Below, piece after piece: positions 28,034 through 40,067 of a stretch of 64,000 nucleotides of DNA. The notes beneath the pieces were generated by a model. The model was not told the DNA's origin. It made no database searches and saw only the letters and a list, made by a program, of their open reading frames with translations. Numbering within the stretch: position 1 is the first letter of the stretch; every line of letters starts with the position of its first letter. The translations under genes and the position numbers were made by a program. Source of the stretch: Octopus vulgaris (Eukaryota); contig OX597830.1 of assembly GCA_951406725.2 (NCBI GenBank), positions 41,974,001 through 42,038,000 on the forward strand, in the 5' to 3' direction.

Positions 28034-28430
28034 AGGCGTGGCTGTGTGGTAAGAAGCTTGCTTCCCAACCACATGGTTCCAGGTTCAGTCCCACTGCATG
28101 GCACCTTGGGCAAGTGTCTCCTACTACAGGTTTGGGCCGAGTGGATTTGGTAGGTGGAAACTGAAAGAAGCCCATTGTGTATATATGTGTGTGTGTGTGT
28201 GTGTGTGTCATTGTGATTGGGTTTGTCCCCTTTCTACCATTTGACAACTGGTGTTGGTGTGTTTATGTCCCTATACTTAGTGGTTAGGCAAAAAGAAAAA
28301 AAAAGACTGATAGAATAAGTACTAGGTTTAAAAAGTAAGTCCTGGGGTCAATTTATTCAACTAAAACCCTTCAAGGCAGTATCCCTGCATGGCTGTAGTC
28401 AAATGACTGAAACAAATAAAAGATAAGATT
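28034..28430 (+). mobile_element. SINE family B
   Basis: Full head ggcgtggctgtgtggtaagaagcttgcttcccaacc through tail aaatgactgaaacaaataaaaga. Confidence 0.85.
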
Positions 28431-28490
28431 ATATATATATATATATATATAGATAGATATGCACACACACACAAATATTTTAACAAATAT

Positions 28491-28870
28491 GTTACTCTTT
28501 TACTTGTTTCAGTCATTTGACTGCGGCCATGCTGGAGCATCGCCTTTAGTTGAGCAAATCGACCCCAGGACTTATTCTTTCAGTCTCTTTTTGCCGAACC
28601 GCTAAGTTACAGGGTTGTAAACACACCAGCATCAGTTGTCAAGCGACGTGGGGGGGGGGGGGCACAAACAGTCACACAAACATACACACACACAAACACA
28701 TATATACGATAGGCTTCTTTCAGTTTCCGTCTACCAAATCCACTCACAAGGCTTTGGTCAACCCGAGGCTATAGTAGAAGACACTTGCTCAAGGAGCCAC
28801 GCATTGGGACTGAACCCTGAACCATGTGGTTGGTAAGCAAGCTACTTACCACACAGCCACTCCAGCGCCT
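28491..28870 (-). mobile_element. SINE family B, inverted relative to 28034-28430
   Basis: Reverse-complement full-length match. Confidence 0.85.
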
Positions 28871-29637
28871 ATATATTTACCAAAATTACAGAAAACTATC
28901 TTGAAATACTAAAGAGTAAATTTATTCTATAAAATTGCCATTGGCTTCAACCATGGCCTACAGACAACTTCGGAATCTCTTGCATCTTTCCTTGATGGTC
29001 TCCTTCTTTAAGGTGGAGAATGCTGTCATAATCCTTGCATACAGTTCATCTTTGGTGTTACAAGGAATTTTGTAGGTCTCTCGCTCAATCGCACTCCACA
29101 CATAATAATCAAGGGGGTTGTGGTACAGAGAGTTACGTGGCCAGATATTAGGGGTGATGTGGTTGCAGAAATTGTCTGACAGCCATGACTGGGTTCTCCT
29201 GCTCATATGAGCGTGGTGCAGAGTCATGTTGTCAGACATAGGGTCTTCCAGCAGCCACCCTCTTGACTCAAGGCAACACTGCCTCCTCCAGGTACTTGAT
29301 GTTGGCCTCCATGTTGAGTGTGAAGCCATGTGGGAAGATGAACGGAGACATAACGTCGCCATCATTAGTGATCACTCCAAATTCCATAATGTTGACTGGA
29401 TGTTTGATTTTTATCACTCTCAGTACACTGTCTTCCGATTGACACCCAAACACTCTGAAATGTCCATATTGGAGTTTCTTGCGTGAGTACCAAGCAGTAC
29501 AGCATGTTGTTTCCAAATTTCTGTTTTTCTCACAGAGGGTGCCCAACTGACCCTACTATACGGTGTAGTCAACAAAATCAAAATATGCACATGCGTGAAA
29601 TTAAAAACATAAAATGGCGACAGTTTACCCATTACAT

Positions 29638-29641
<4 letters not shown>
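28871..29641 (-). mobile_element. Tc1/mariner-superfamily (maT/DD37D-like) transposon relic with internal deletion and frameshifts
   Basis: Minus-strand fragments ISECLGVNRKTVY (HTH), KHPVNIMEFGVITNDGDVMSPFIF, and WPRNSLYHNPLDYYVWSAIER (degenerate WPPNSPDLNPLDY motif). The 5' end abuts (TA)n. Confidence 0.85.
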
Positions 29642-29678
<37 letters not shown>

Positions 29679-29802
29679 TTAATAAGGGTGAGAGAATTAG
29701 ATACTAATTTAATAGTATATCCATTCAACACCAAGTGGCCCAGTGCTCCGAGAAACCTGGATTATTATAATATTTTATAATATATTATAATATTTTTACA
29801 AA

Positions 29803-30011
29803 AATAAATATAAGAGAGTGGTCACTATATGGCTCACTCTAGCACTAGTTAATCCAAAAGGTTTCAACCACAAAAATACATGTTTCCCATGAAAGTCAGT
29901 ACGATTGTTACAATCGTACTGACTTTCATGGGAAACATGTATTTTTGTGGTTGAAACCTTTTGGATTAACTAGTGCTAGAGTGAGCCATATAGTGACCAC
30001 TCTCTTATATT

Positions 30012-30015
<4 letters not shown>
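29803..30015. repeat. Perfect palindrome: 106-bp arms with a 1-nt spacer (29909)
   Basis: 29803-29908 is the reverse complement of 29910-30015. Centre ...gtacgattgt-t-acaatcgtac... Confidence 0.95.
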
Positions 30016-30062
<47 letters not shown>

Positions 30063-32744
30063 ATGGTATCAATCAGACTATCAGATGTTGTTATACATTA
30101 CTCATCACAAGGCATTTTGCATCCTTTTAGGATCAGGGGAAATGTTGACCTGCTTGCCAAGCCAGCCCACTAGAAAGGCAAACAAGCCAACATTTCCCCT
30201 GATCCGTCAGACTGTTCCACCAGAGGGTTATTCATTTATAGTGGACTGGAGCAACATGAAATGGAATGTTTTAATCAAGAACACAATACGCAGCCAGTCT
30301 GAGAATTGAAACCTTGATGCCATGATCATGAATGCAACACTCCAAACCACAAGGCCATGTGTAAATGCATATCATCGTCATTATTTAATGCCGATTTTCA
30401 TACTTGGATGGGTCAGACGGAATTTGGTGAGGTAGATTTTTTACAGCTGGATAGTCTTCCTGTTACTAACCTGTTTCCAAGTAAGATAATGTTTCCCTAT
30501 GACTAGACATGTTTCCATGGAAACTTGGAAGCAAATAACCACATTTACAACTACAATGTGATGTCTAGACAAGGCCGGAGACAACACACACACAATGCAC
30601 TTCTTTCAGTGACTGCCTACCAAATGTACTCACAAGGGTTTGATTGGCCCTGAGACTGTAATAGAAGACATAAGGTACTGCACATTGATATTGAACTCAA
30701 GACTACATGACAGTTGGGAAGCAAGGTTCTTAACCACAGAACCACTCATGCACTTACCCTTTGAGGGTCGATTAAACAAGTACCAGTCACACACTGGGGT
30801 CAATGTAATTTGAGGCTTTGTAGAAAGGATTATTTTTGCTCATCAATGCTTTGTATAGTTTGGACAAAATTTTGAGGCAGGGTTTTGTAGCCAGATGCCT
30901 TTCCAAATGTGAAACTTTTTAGCTGCCTCTTATGGCATGCAGGGATGCAGGTACACGCACAAAAATTAATACACACACACACTCACATCTTTAACCTGTT
31001 TACATGCACATAAGTGCATTCATATATCAATAATACAAGCACTCACAGTTTGAAGTAAACTCTAAGTAGCTAATATAATGTCAGAAGTTTATAGAAGAGG
31101 GTGTCTAGAAGCATGCCTTAAATACTGACATAACAATAAGTGTGTGTGTTTGTCGGAGAATGGCAAATGGAAGGGATGAAACAGCTGAAAAGAATGTTGG
31201 GTGGGTGGGTTTGTTTTACCAGACCTATTCCTTTTTCTGTCAACATCCATATTCCAATGTCATAAAATCTCGAAACTAATAAGCTTATTCAGTTTTCAAA
31301 ACTATTATCATCATCATCATCAGCACCACTTGTACCACCCCAACCACCATCACCACTGCTATCACCATTACTAGAAAGACTTTTGCTTTTGTTGGGTTTT
31401 TTGGCATATTTTTTATGCTGTCAATGTCCAGAAGCCCAAAAAAGAAAAAAAAAAAAAGACCCTGATGAGAATTGGTCAGTTCCTTGGTTATAAGAATGAA
31501 TGAAATGATAAGTATTTTGGGGTTTTTTTCACAATTTTTGGTTTTGTTCTTGTTTTATGCTGGTTTATTTATCTAAGAAGAAGAGCTATTGTCCTTCTTA
31601 GACCTCGCCTTCTCTGCCTTCATCCCTCTGAAACTGATGAAATCCACTAGGAACATTGTCCACTTTGAAAAGCTTTCAATCACATCATGGAGTTGATGGC
31701 TGCAGGAATTAAAAAAAAACCCCAGGCCTCCTCCATCCACAAAAATGTATATGCATATGTGTGTGTGTGTGTGGGGGGGTCAGTATGAGCGTGTCAGATG
31801 TTAATACTCTGAAAGACAAAGATGCTGGAGTAGGGCAGGGGGGGAGTATATTTACTGCTAACTCCCAGCTCATCCCACCACACCCTCATTCCAGGTCAAC
31901 ATTTTGGTCAGAGGAAACCTCAACTGGACTTTGCAAGTCTCCTAGTCGTCCCCTACCCCACTCCCAGGCTTCATTCACCTCTTCTTCCTTGTCTCTGTTG
32001 CCCCCCCCCCCCTCACTTTATACTTTTGATGGGCCTAACAGACATCTAGAGTGTACTACAGAAGGAAGAGGGGAAAAAGAGGAGGAGGAGGTAGTATTCA
32101 TTAGAGTGATGATACACAGACTCCGGTGCTTAGTACTATACTGTTCAGATTAATGATGATTCATGGAACCCAAGTTCAATTCCAGTAATCTCAGTAGTGG
32201 TGGGAGCATATGGCACCAGATAATAAAATAATCATTGCTAATATTCTAGTTCTGACCAAGGTGTCGAACAAGCAGAATCATTATTGCGCCGGACAAAATG
32301 CTAAGCAGTATTTTGTCCATCTTTATGTTCTGGGTTCAAATTTCACTGAAGTGAATTTTGCCTTTCATTCCATTCATTCTTATTAACCCTCTTTTTGGGG
32401 ATTGATAAAATAAGTACCAGTTGAGTACTGGGGTTAATGTAATCAACTTACCCACCGACTTCGAAATTGCTGGCCTTGTGCCAAAATTTGAAACCAGCAT
32501 CCTAGTTTTGACTCAAATGTCTATATTTTTGTCTTTCATGAACAAATCCTATTTACATTCTACAGAAATGAATTGGTTATCTTTAAGTTTGGGAGATTTA
32601 ATTTTCAAAATTTCTTGCTCAAATGACAATGGCGGTTTCTACATGTTTAAGGATCATGAAGCAGAATGATATGCCCTCAAGTGGCTACATAAAACAATTC
32701 TTGGTGCTACATGGCTTCTCTTCTTGCCTGTGTTTAGTAGTTTT

Positions 32745-33822
32745 TGGCCGTCAGCATTCAGATTACTCTATCAAATGTAATGCTCTTAATTATTCACATT
32801 GTTTTGAATTAACCATCCATTTATCTCATAGCTTCAAGATTTCCATGATGTGGTTGTTTATTTTTAAAAGAACATTGTAGAGTAGGAATGAGAAGTCAGA
32901 TCTGGCCAGTTTGAACATAACACAGAATAATAGGGCCAGATATGGTTAGTTTAAAACTCTTAAGGATTTAAACCAGCCATATCTAGCCAAAATATTCTGT
33001 GTATTTTTTTATTGTTCAAACTGGCCAGGTCCATCCTCTCACACCTACCCTACATTGTCATTCTAAAAACAAACAATTATATCACTGAGATCTCAAAATT
33101 AAGATAATTAACAATTAATTCAATGGGAATAAAGAAGCATTTCACTTGACATTCTGAATGTTAAAGGGTTAAACTGGCCAAATCCAGCTCAAATATTTTA
33201 CTTGCTTAATATTTAAACTGGCCAGCTCTGGCCTTTCATACCTACCCTACTGGGTCATTCAAAAAATAAAGTCACATCATCTAAACCATAACCCTTTCGC
33301 TATCGTATTTATTTTGAGATACTCTGTCTTTCTTTTAATTAATTTTAAATATAACAAAGAATTTAGTAAAATAACTTGGAAGATTTTAATTCGAAACCTT
33401 TGAAAACAAGATAGAGGTGGTTTCAGCCAGCACTACAGAGCCAGAGCTGGTTTCAGCCAGTGGGGTTTCAAAAGGGTTAAGAATTGTTTCTCTATTATAT
33501 ATTTTAACCCTTTTGTTACCATATTTCTGTTGAGATGCTCTGTGTTTCTTTCAATTAATTTTAAATATAACAAAGAATTTAGTAAAATAACTTAGTTATC
33601 ATTAAGCTGGTGTTAGGAACATAAACTGTGACTAAGGTTTGGTGGAAAATTTTAATTCAAAACTTTTGTAAACAAGACATTTGTACTACAGAGTCAGAGA
33701 AGGTTTCAGTCGGGTTGGTATCAAAAAGGTTAAAGCTATGAGGTAATGCATGATTGATTCAAAAGAATATGAATCAACAAGCATTACATTTCAATAAATA
33801 ATCTGAATGCTAAATGGTTAAA
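32745..33822. mobile_element. Cluster of at least 5 adjacent or nested piggyBac-type MITEs (P1 and P2)
   Basis: Several ttaacccttt...aaagggttaa bounded units. P1 copies at 33292-33476 and 33508-33729 interrupt a minus-oriented P2 copy ending aatgctaaatggttaa. Confidence 0.75.
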
Positions 33823-33945
33823 GTGTCAGTCAGTTTGCACAATCCAATGCCACTATTTAGATTTGATTTTTGGCTCAGCTGCAATGCCTGGCAAACTGTA
33901 GGGTTTATAATGGAGTGGCTTTCTTCTGAATGAATTGCTTTACAG

Positions 33946-34855
33946 TGCTCAGGTGCACTACAACTCATCTAAAGTATATATATAATCAGGTGTAGTTTCG
34001 GCGGATTTCGGAAAGCATGAGGGCCTTAAAAGATGCAGTGTCATGGCAGTCAACAACTGACGCAGGCAGTTTATTCCATGCTTCAGCAACTCTGAGCGTG
34101 AAAAAATGTTTCCGAAAGTCATGGGAGCTGTATTGTTTTCTGACTTTGTAGGCATGTCCACGTGTGTTAGACACATGGAGATCAAAAAGGTGTTCAGTGT
34201 TGTTGTTGGTGAGGTGGTTGATAACTTTGTGGGTGTTTACCAAGTCCGTCGCCAAACGCCGGAGCTTCAGTGAATCCATGCCCAGGGAAACAAGGCGCTC
34301 AGAATATGGTAGGTGTCTGATGGAGGGTATGCGTTTGGTTGCACGTCTCTGGACAGATTCCAGGAGGTCAATGTTCTGTGCAAGATAGGGGTTCCAAACT
34401 GATGATGCGAATTCCAAGTGTGGTCGTACCATAGCTGTATACAGTTTTAAATAGATGGCTGGAGAGCGGCTAACAAAAGACCTGCTGAGTGATGCCAAGA
34501 CACCCTTGGCCTTCCTGACAATCTTAGAGATATGCTTTGACCAACGCAAATCACTGCTGACAGTGATGCCTAGGTCACGCTCACAAGAGGATTTCTTGAT
34601 ATCAGTGTTGTGGAGGGAGTATGTGAACGCAGGGTTTTTTCTCCCAAAATGCATGGTGGTACACTTGTCCACAGCCAGTTTCAGTTGCCAGTCTGTGATC
34701 CATTGCTGCATTGTGTCTAGGTCTGATTGCAGGAAAGAGTTGTAGACATCAGGATCTGTCCTCTTGATTTCAAGGTACAGCTTGATGTCGTCTGCATATT
34801 TCAATACTGTGGCATTCTTTAAATTGGCATCTATGTCGTTAAGGCATCTATGTCG
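33946..34855 (-). mobile_element. Young 5'-truncated CR1-group LINE; C-terminal part of ORF2 reverse transcriptase (stop at 33986)
   Basis: Uninterrupted frame of more than 280 codons: NDIDANLKNATVLKYADD (RT active-site YADD), ERDLGITV, VRPHLEFASSVWNPY, LESVQRRATK, TRGH..K, FFTLRVAEAWNKLP. Flanked by a perfect 41-bp duplication (33905-33945 and 34856-34896). Confidence 0.95.
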
Positions 34856-34960
34856 TTATAATGGAGTGGCTTTCTTCTGAATGAATTGCTTTACAGGGCT
34901 GGAGTATTAGAAAATTACTATTTTTAAATTTCATAACGTGAGATATTCAGCAACAGTACT

Positions 34961-35360
34961 TTGGAGTAAAGATTGTTTGCCAACATAACATGGCAGTCTT
35001 GGTTTAGGACTTAATGTTGCTGTAATTTAGCCCCAGGAGACATCATCTCCAGCTGACTATACAACACAATCAGTGTCCTTATATTTTCTAACAAGGAAAT
35101 CTAGCACCCCTACTCAGCTCAAAACAATATCTGTGTATTGTGATTTCTGGGTTATTTTCCTTTATCAGCACAGAATAATTGTTCGGCTAGAAGTGGTGCT
35201 GCCAAATTCCCATTCAAAATATATAGTTTTCAAAGTGACAACTAGTCACTGATTTATAAATTAGAAAATTACTATTTTTAAATCTCACAAATGGGGCTAA
35301 ATTACATTAGTCCTAAACCAGGACTGCTATGTTATGTTGGTAAAATATCTGTACTACAGG
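34961..35360. mobile_element. MITE-like element with imperfect terminal inverted repeats of about 70 bp
   Basis: ccaacataacatggcagtcttggtttaggact...tgtaatttagcccca (34980-35035) is inverted at 35292-35340 (tggggctaaattaca...agtcctaaaccaggactgctatgttatgttgg). Confidence 0.6.
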
Positions 35361-36488
35361 GCTGAAGAACTCCATCAAACCTAGAGCTGCCCAGGAGATC
35401 CTTCCTTGCTCCAATAATGCATATGTAAATATCCAAAATAGTTGAAATTGAGTAATACTAATAAATAAATGAATAAATAAAAAGGTTATTCAGAGCAATA
35501 AAGAAAGAAAGAAAAAGAAAAGAAGAAAAAAAACCCTGATAAAATTTCTGTCTGATGAACTTCCAGATTCCAGGTGTATATATAAATAAAAAGAATGAGT
35601 TTCTTATTGCAGAAAGAGAAATAAATAAATAAATAAATGAAGGAAATGATCAAGAAATATCTCGAAAATTTAATTTTGAGTTAATTGATATGATTCGTCT
35701 ACAACAGACTAAAGACCTTTGTAATAGGTTAGAATCAATGGTATTATTGAGTGTGGGCTAAATGTAGATCTAATATTAAAAATACATTTTCAATGAGAAT
35801 AGTGATTAAGGAAAGAAGGTAAGTCAGTTTTAACAAAAGACATTACAAAAATAGATACAGATATGTATCTATAGTTGGTGCAGGGGTGGCTGTTGTGGCT
35901 GAGAAGCTTGCTGCTGAACCATGTGGTCATGGGTTCAGTCCCTCTGCACAGCGCCTTGGGCAAGTATCTTTTACTATAGCCCCAAACTGACACAAAATCT
36001 TGTGAATGGATTTGGGCAGTGGAAACTGAACGAAGCCCATCATGTATATATAGGTAGGTGTCTGTGTGTGTGCACACGCATACTCTTGTTTAGACATCAC
36101 ATGATGGATGTAAATGAGCACCATCATCATACAAATGAGGTCGTTTGTTTCCAATGTTCCATGAAAAACACATCTGATCATGGACGCATATTACCTTGCT
36201 TAGAAACAGGTGAGAGTTGGTGACAGGAAGGGCATCCAGCTGTAGAAAATTTGCTTCAGCAAATTCCATCTGACCACTGCAAGCATGGAAACTTCCAAAA
36301 TTTAGCCCAAAAGCTGGTCACCTACTTCATTGTAGAGTTAATGACTTTTCTTTATTTCCATGATTAACACATGTGTGTGTGCGTGTGTGTGTGTGTGTGC
36401 CTGATATCATAAAAAAACTCAAAAATCCAATTCTTCATCATTACCACTACCAGAACCAATACCATTATTATAATCCTTATTATCAACC

Positions 36489-36717
36489 TATTTCTTTACT
36501 ACCCACAGGGGGCCAAACACAGAGAGGACAAACAAGGACAGACACACAGATTAAGTCGATTATATCGACCCCAGTGCATAACTGGTACTTATTTAATCGA
36601 CCCCGAAAGGATGAAAGGCAAAGTCAACCTTGACGGAATTTGAACTCAGAACGTAACGGCAGACGAAATACGGCTACGCATTTCGCCCGGCATGCTAACG
36701 TTTCTGCCAGCTCGCTG
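36489..36717 (-). mobile_element. SINE family A, full length, young, long-tail variant
   Basis: 14-bp perfect TSD ccttattatcaacc at 36475-36488 and 36718-36731. CpG-rich, with B-box gagttcaaattcc. Confidence 0.9.
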
Positions 36718-38620
36718 CCTTATTATCAACCACTGACCATCATACCATGCACCACCTCACCACTAACCATCAGATACACTGAACAGGCTTGAACTACAAG
36801 TTTCCTTTCTACCTCATTCCTGTGTCATCTTCGCATCTATCAACAACTACAACCCCACCGCCTCCACTCAACAACCACCAACACATATAGACAGACAGAC
36901 AAATGGAAATCAACAATACAACAACAACAACAACAAAAAAATCTTTAAAAAAATAACTGCTAAACATTTTATTTTCATGCCATATGAGTAGATTGTTTCT
37001 GGGTTTGTTTGTTGTTTCTTCATGCCTTTCTCTCGTGTTTTTTCTTTTTTGGTGGAAACCAGGATGTTTGCACGAAGCTTTTTTTTTTTTAAGCAAACAT
37101 TTTTTCCCCTTTTGGAGAAGGAACAAACAGTGAGTTTAGTTCTGTTGAACTTTTCCCCATTGTGTTTACATAATGACTTCTGTTTATAAATTTTAAAATG
37201 TTAACAGGAAATGTTAAACTTATTTAACAGTTTAACAGGAGCAAAAGAAAAACACCATTCAACAGTAAATTGTATACAAAGAAACCCTTATCTTTTCTTT
37301 TTGACGAGGCACACAAAATTAATTACTTTGTTTTGTTTCAGTCACTAGACTGCGGTCATGCTGGAGCACTGACTTGAAGCATTTTAGTCGAATCAATCAA
37401 CTCCAGTACATTTTTTTTTCAATTTTTTAAAGTTTGGTACTTATTATATCGGTCACTTTTGCTGGACCGCTAAGTTATGGAAATGTAAATACACCAACAC
37501 TGGCTGTAAAGGAATAATGGGGGACAAACACAGATACACACACATAGATATGTATTTATGATGGGCTTCTTTCAGTTTCTCTCTATTCTACCAAATCCAC
37601 TCACAAGGCTTTGGTCAGCTTGTGGCTATAGTAGAAAAAACACTTGCCCGAGATGTCACGCAGTGGAACTGAACCTGGAACCATGTGGTTGGGATGCAAA
37701 CTTCTTACCACACAGCCACTCCTTTGCCTTTACTGTATCTAAAAAAATTTTCCTTTATTTAATCCTGCTGAGGTTTCTTTCAAATATAACGAAGAATTTA
37801 GTAAAATAACTTAGTTGTCATTAAGCTGGTGTTAGGAACATAAATTGTGACTAAGGTTTGGTGGAAGATTTTAATTCAAAACTTATGAAATCAAGGACAT
37901 TTATACTACATTTATACTACAGAGTTAGAGCTGGTTTCAGCTGGGTTGCTATCAAAAGATTCTCATGTGTGTTTCTGGCATGAATGTATAGTTAAGCAGT
38001 TCATTTTGTTAAGCCATATGGGTTTGGGGTTTGATCCCACTGCACAGCACCTTGGACCAATGTCTTTTAGCATAGCTTCAAGCTAACCAAAAACTCAAGA
38101 GTGAAATTTGGTATGGTAGACAGAAACTGTATGGAAGGACAGTTCCTGGGAGTTAGGCTTAATATCCAATTGCTTGATTTAACACAAGCACCTGGTCCTT
38201 GGATATCTTTAATAAATTACGCTATTGCATTTTCTGGTATACAAACTGTATATAATGTAAACATTCAGACATCATCATTATCTTTCCAAATCCTGTTGCA
38301 TTTCACATGAAATTTTTGGTCCCCCAAAGTTGTCTACCTTTTTTTGGTCTTAAATATGCAAATTAAATGCTTGCAACATACTGTATTTTCTGATGCACAA
38401 GCCAGGTCTTTAGCCTGAAAAGAATAACTCTCTTCTTCCCTCTCACTAGCCAAGGGATCCTGTCATTCCCTTTTTAAAACTATAACAAATATAAGAGAGA
38501 GAACACTTAGAACACATGTGCAGGAAGCTTAATTCTAATTCCACAAAAATGCAACATAGAAACCAAGTTGAGGGTACCCTAAGACTACCAACATGGATGG
38601 TGAGAGACAAATCAGTTTCT

Positions 38621-38750
38621 CACAGGTGCAGCAGAGGCTTTGCAGGAGCAGCAGAGGTTTCATAGGTGCAGCGGAGGCCTCATAGGCACAGCAGAGGCCT
38701 CACAGGCACAGCAGAGGCCTCAGGTGCAGCAGTACAGTGGAGGCCTCACA
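38621..38750. repeat. 20-bp GC-rich minisatellite, about 6 units
   Basis: Unit ca(c/t)agg(tg/ca)cagcagaggc(c/t)t starting at 38621, 38641, 38661, 38681 and 38701, plus a degenerate final unit. Confidence 0.9.
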
Positions 38751-39164
38751 TGGAATATTGATAGTGGGGAAGACAAATCACCGGGTTTAATAAAATTAAG
38801 ATATTTCACAACTATTTCGTTGGGTCAGGGTGTCTGGTTATACCATTATCATCTAAAATAGCTGCTCCCATGGCATTTTGAGTGAATTATAGAGCAGATT
38901 ATAGTTACCAAGCCTGCTGGAAACAGCAGTCAAATATCACCCCACTGTCTTAACACTTTTTGTTACCATATTTCTGTTGAAATATACTGCCTTTGTTTTA
39001 ATTAATTTTGAAAATAATGAAGCATTTAGAAATATAATGCTTTATGAAGCTAGTGTTTGGAATATAAATTAACATAGAATTTTATGTAGATCACCTGAAT
39101 CCAGATCACTTTAAACCAGGGAGTTTGTATCATAGAACCAGGGTTGGTATCAAAAGGGTTAAAT

Positions 39165-40067
39165 CAGTGGTTCTCAACCAGGGTCCACATGGCCCCTGGG
39201 GGGTTCATATGAGAGTTTGTTGCTAAAATTTAGGTGCAGGAGTGGCTATGTGGTAAGAAGCTTGCTTCCCAACCACATGGTTCTGGGTTCAGTCCCATTG
39301 CATGGCACCTTGGTCAAGTGTCTTCTACTACAGCCTCAGGCTATAGTAGAAGACCTAGTGAGTGGATTCGGTAGACGGAAACTGAAAGAAGCCCATTGTA
39401 TATATATATTGTGTGAGGAAAATGTGAAGGAGAGGATTGGGAGGGTTGGCTTGAGAAGGGAGGATGTCTAAAACTGGGCAAGATGGATGGTGTGAGGGTG
39501 GTTGCTATGGAACAGAGGTAGATCCGGCCACCACCGTTAATGGGGACAAAACCTGGATTTAAAACATTGGATGATGAAGATGATGATGTTGGTGTGTTTA
39601 TGTCCCCGTAACTAGTGGCTTGGCAAAAGAGACCAATAGAATAAATACTAGGCTTACAAAGAGTAAGTCCAGTGGGGTCGATCTGTTTGACTAAAGGCAG
39701 TGCTCCAGCAAGTAAAAGAGGAAATTAGTTCTATTTCTACAAGACACAAAATACGTAAAATGGTATCTAAACCCTTTCGCTACTGTATTTATTTTGAGAT
39801 GCTCTGTGTTTCTTTCAATTACTTTAAATATAACAAAGAATTTAGTAAAATAACTTAGTTATTATTCAGCTAGTGTTGGGAACATAAATTGTGACTAAGG
39901 TTTGGTGGAAGATTTTAATTCAGAACTTATGAAAATAAGACATCTGTAGTCAGATGGTTTCAGCTGGGTTGGTAATGAAAGGGTTAAACATCGAATGTCT
40001 AGAGTGTCCATTCAAGTAAAATAGAAATCAAAGACATCTAAAGGAGAAAAATGGTTGAGAAACATAG
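39165..40067. mobile_element. hAT-type MITE hosting nested SINE B, RTE 3' fragment and piggyBac MITE
   Basis: TIR cagtggttctcaacca / tggttgagaaacatag. 8-bp TSD ggttaaat / agttaaat. Internal SINE B (39232-39720) is split by an RTE-like 3' end with a (GAT)n tail (about 39412-39588). P1 MITE at 39772-39983. Confidence 0.75.

Noticed and set aside
31573-31699. Possible minus-strand exon after ttttttttaattcctgcAG (HQLHDVIESFSKW...)
   Set aside because: Good acceptor but no convincing donor before the stop, and no recognisable protein similarity.
38382-38414. Possible 33-nt minus-strand micro-exon (AKDLACASENT)
   Set aside because: Splice sites are plausible but there is no clear branch signal, and such matches are expected by chance in 64 kb. 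Not supportable without RNA data.
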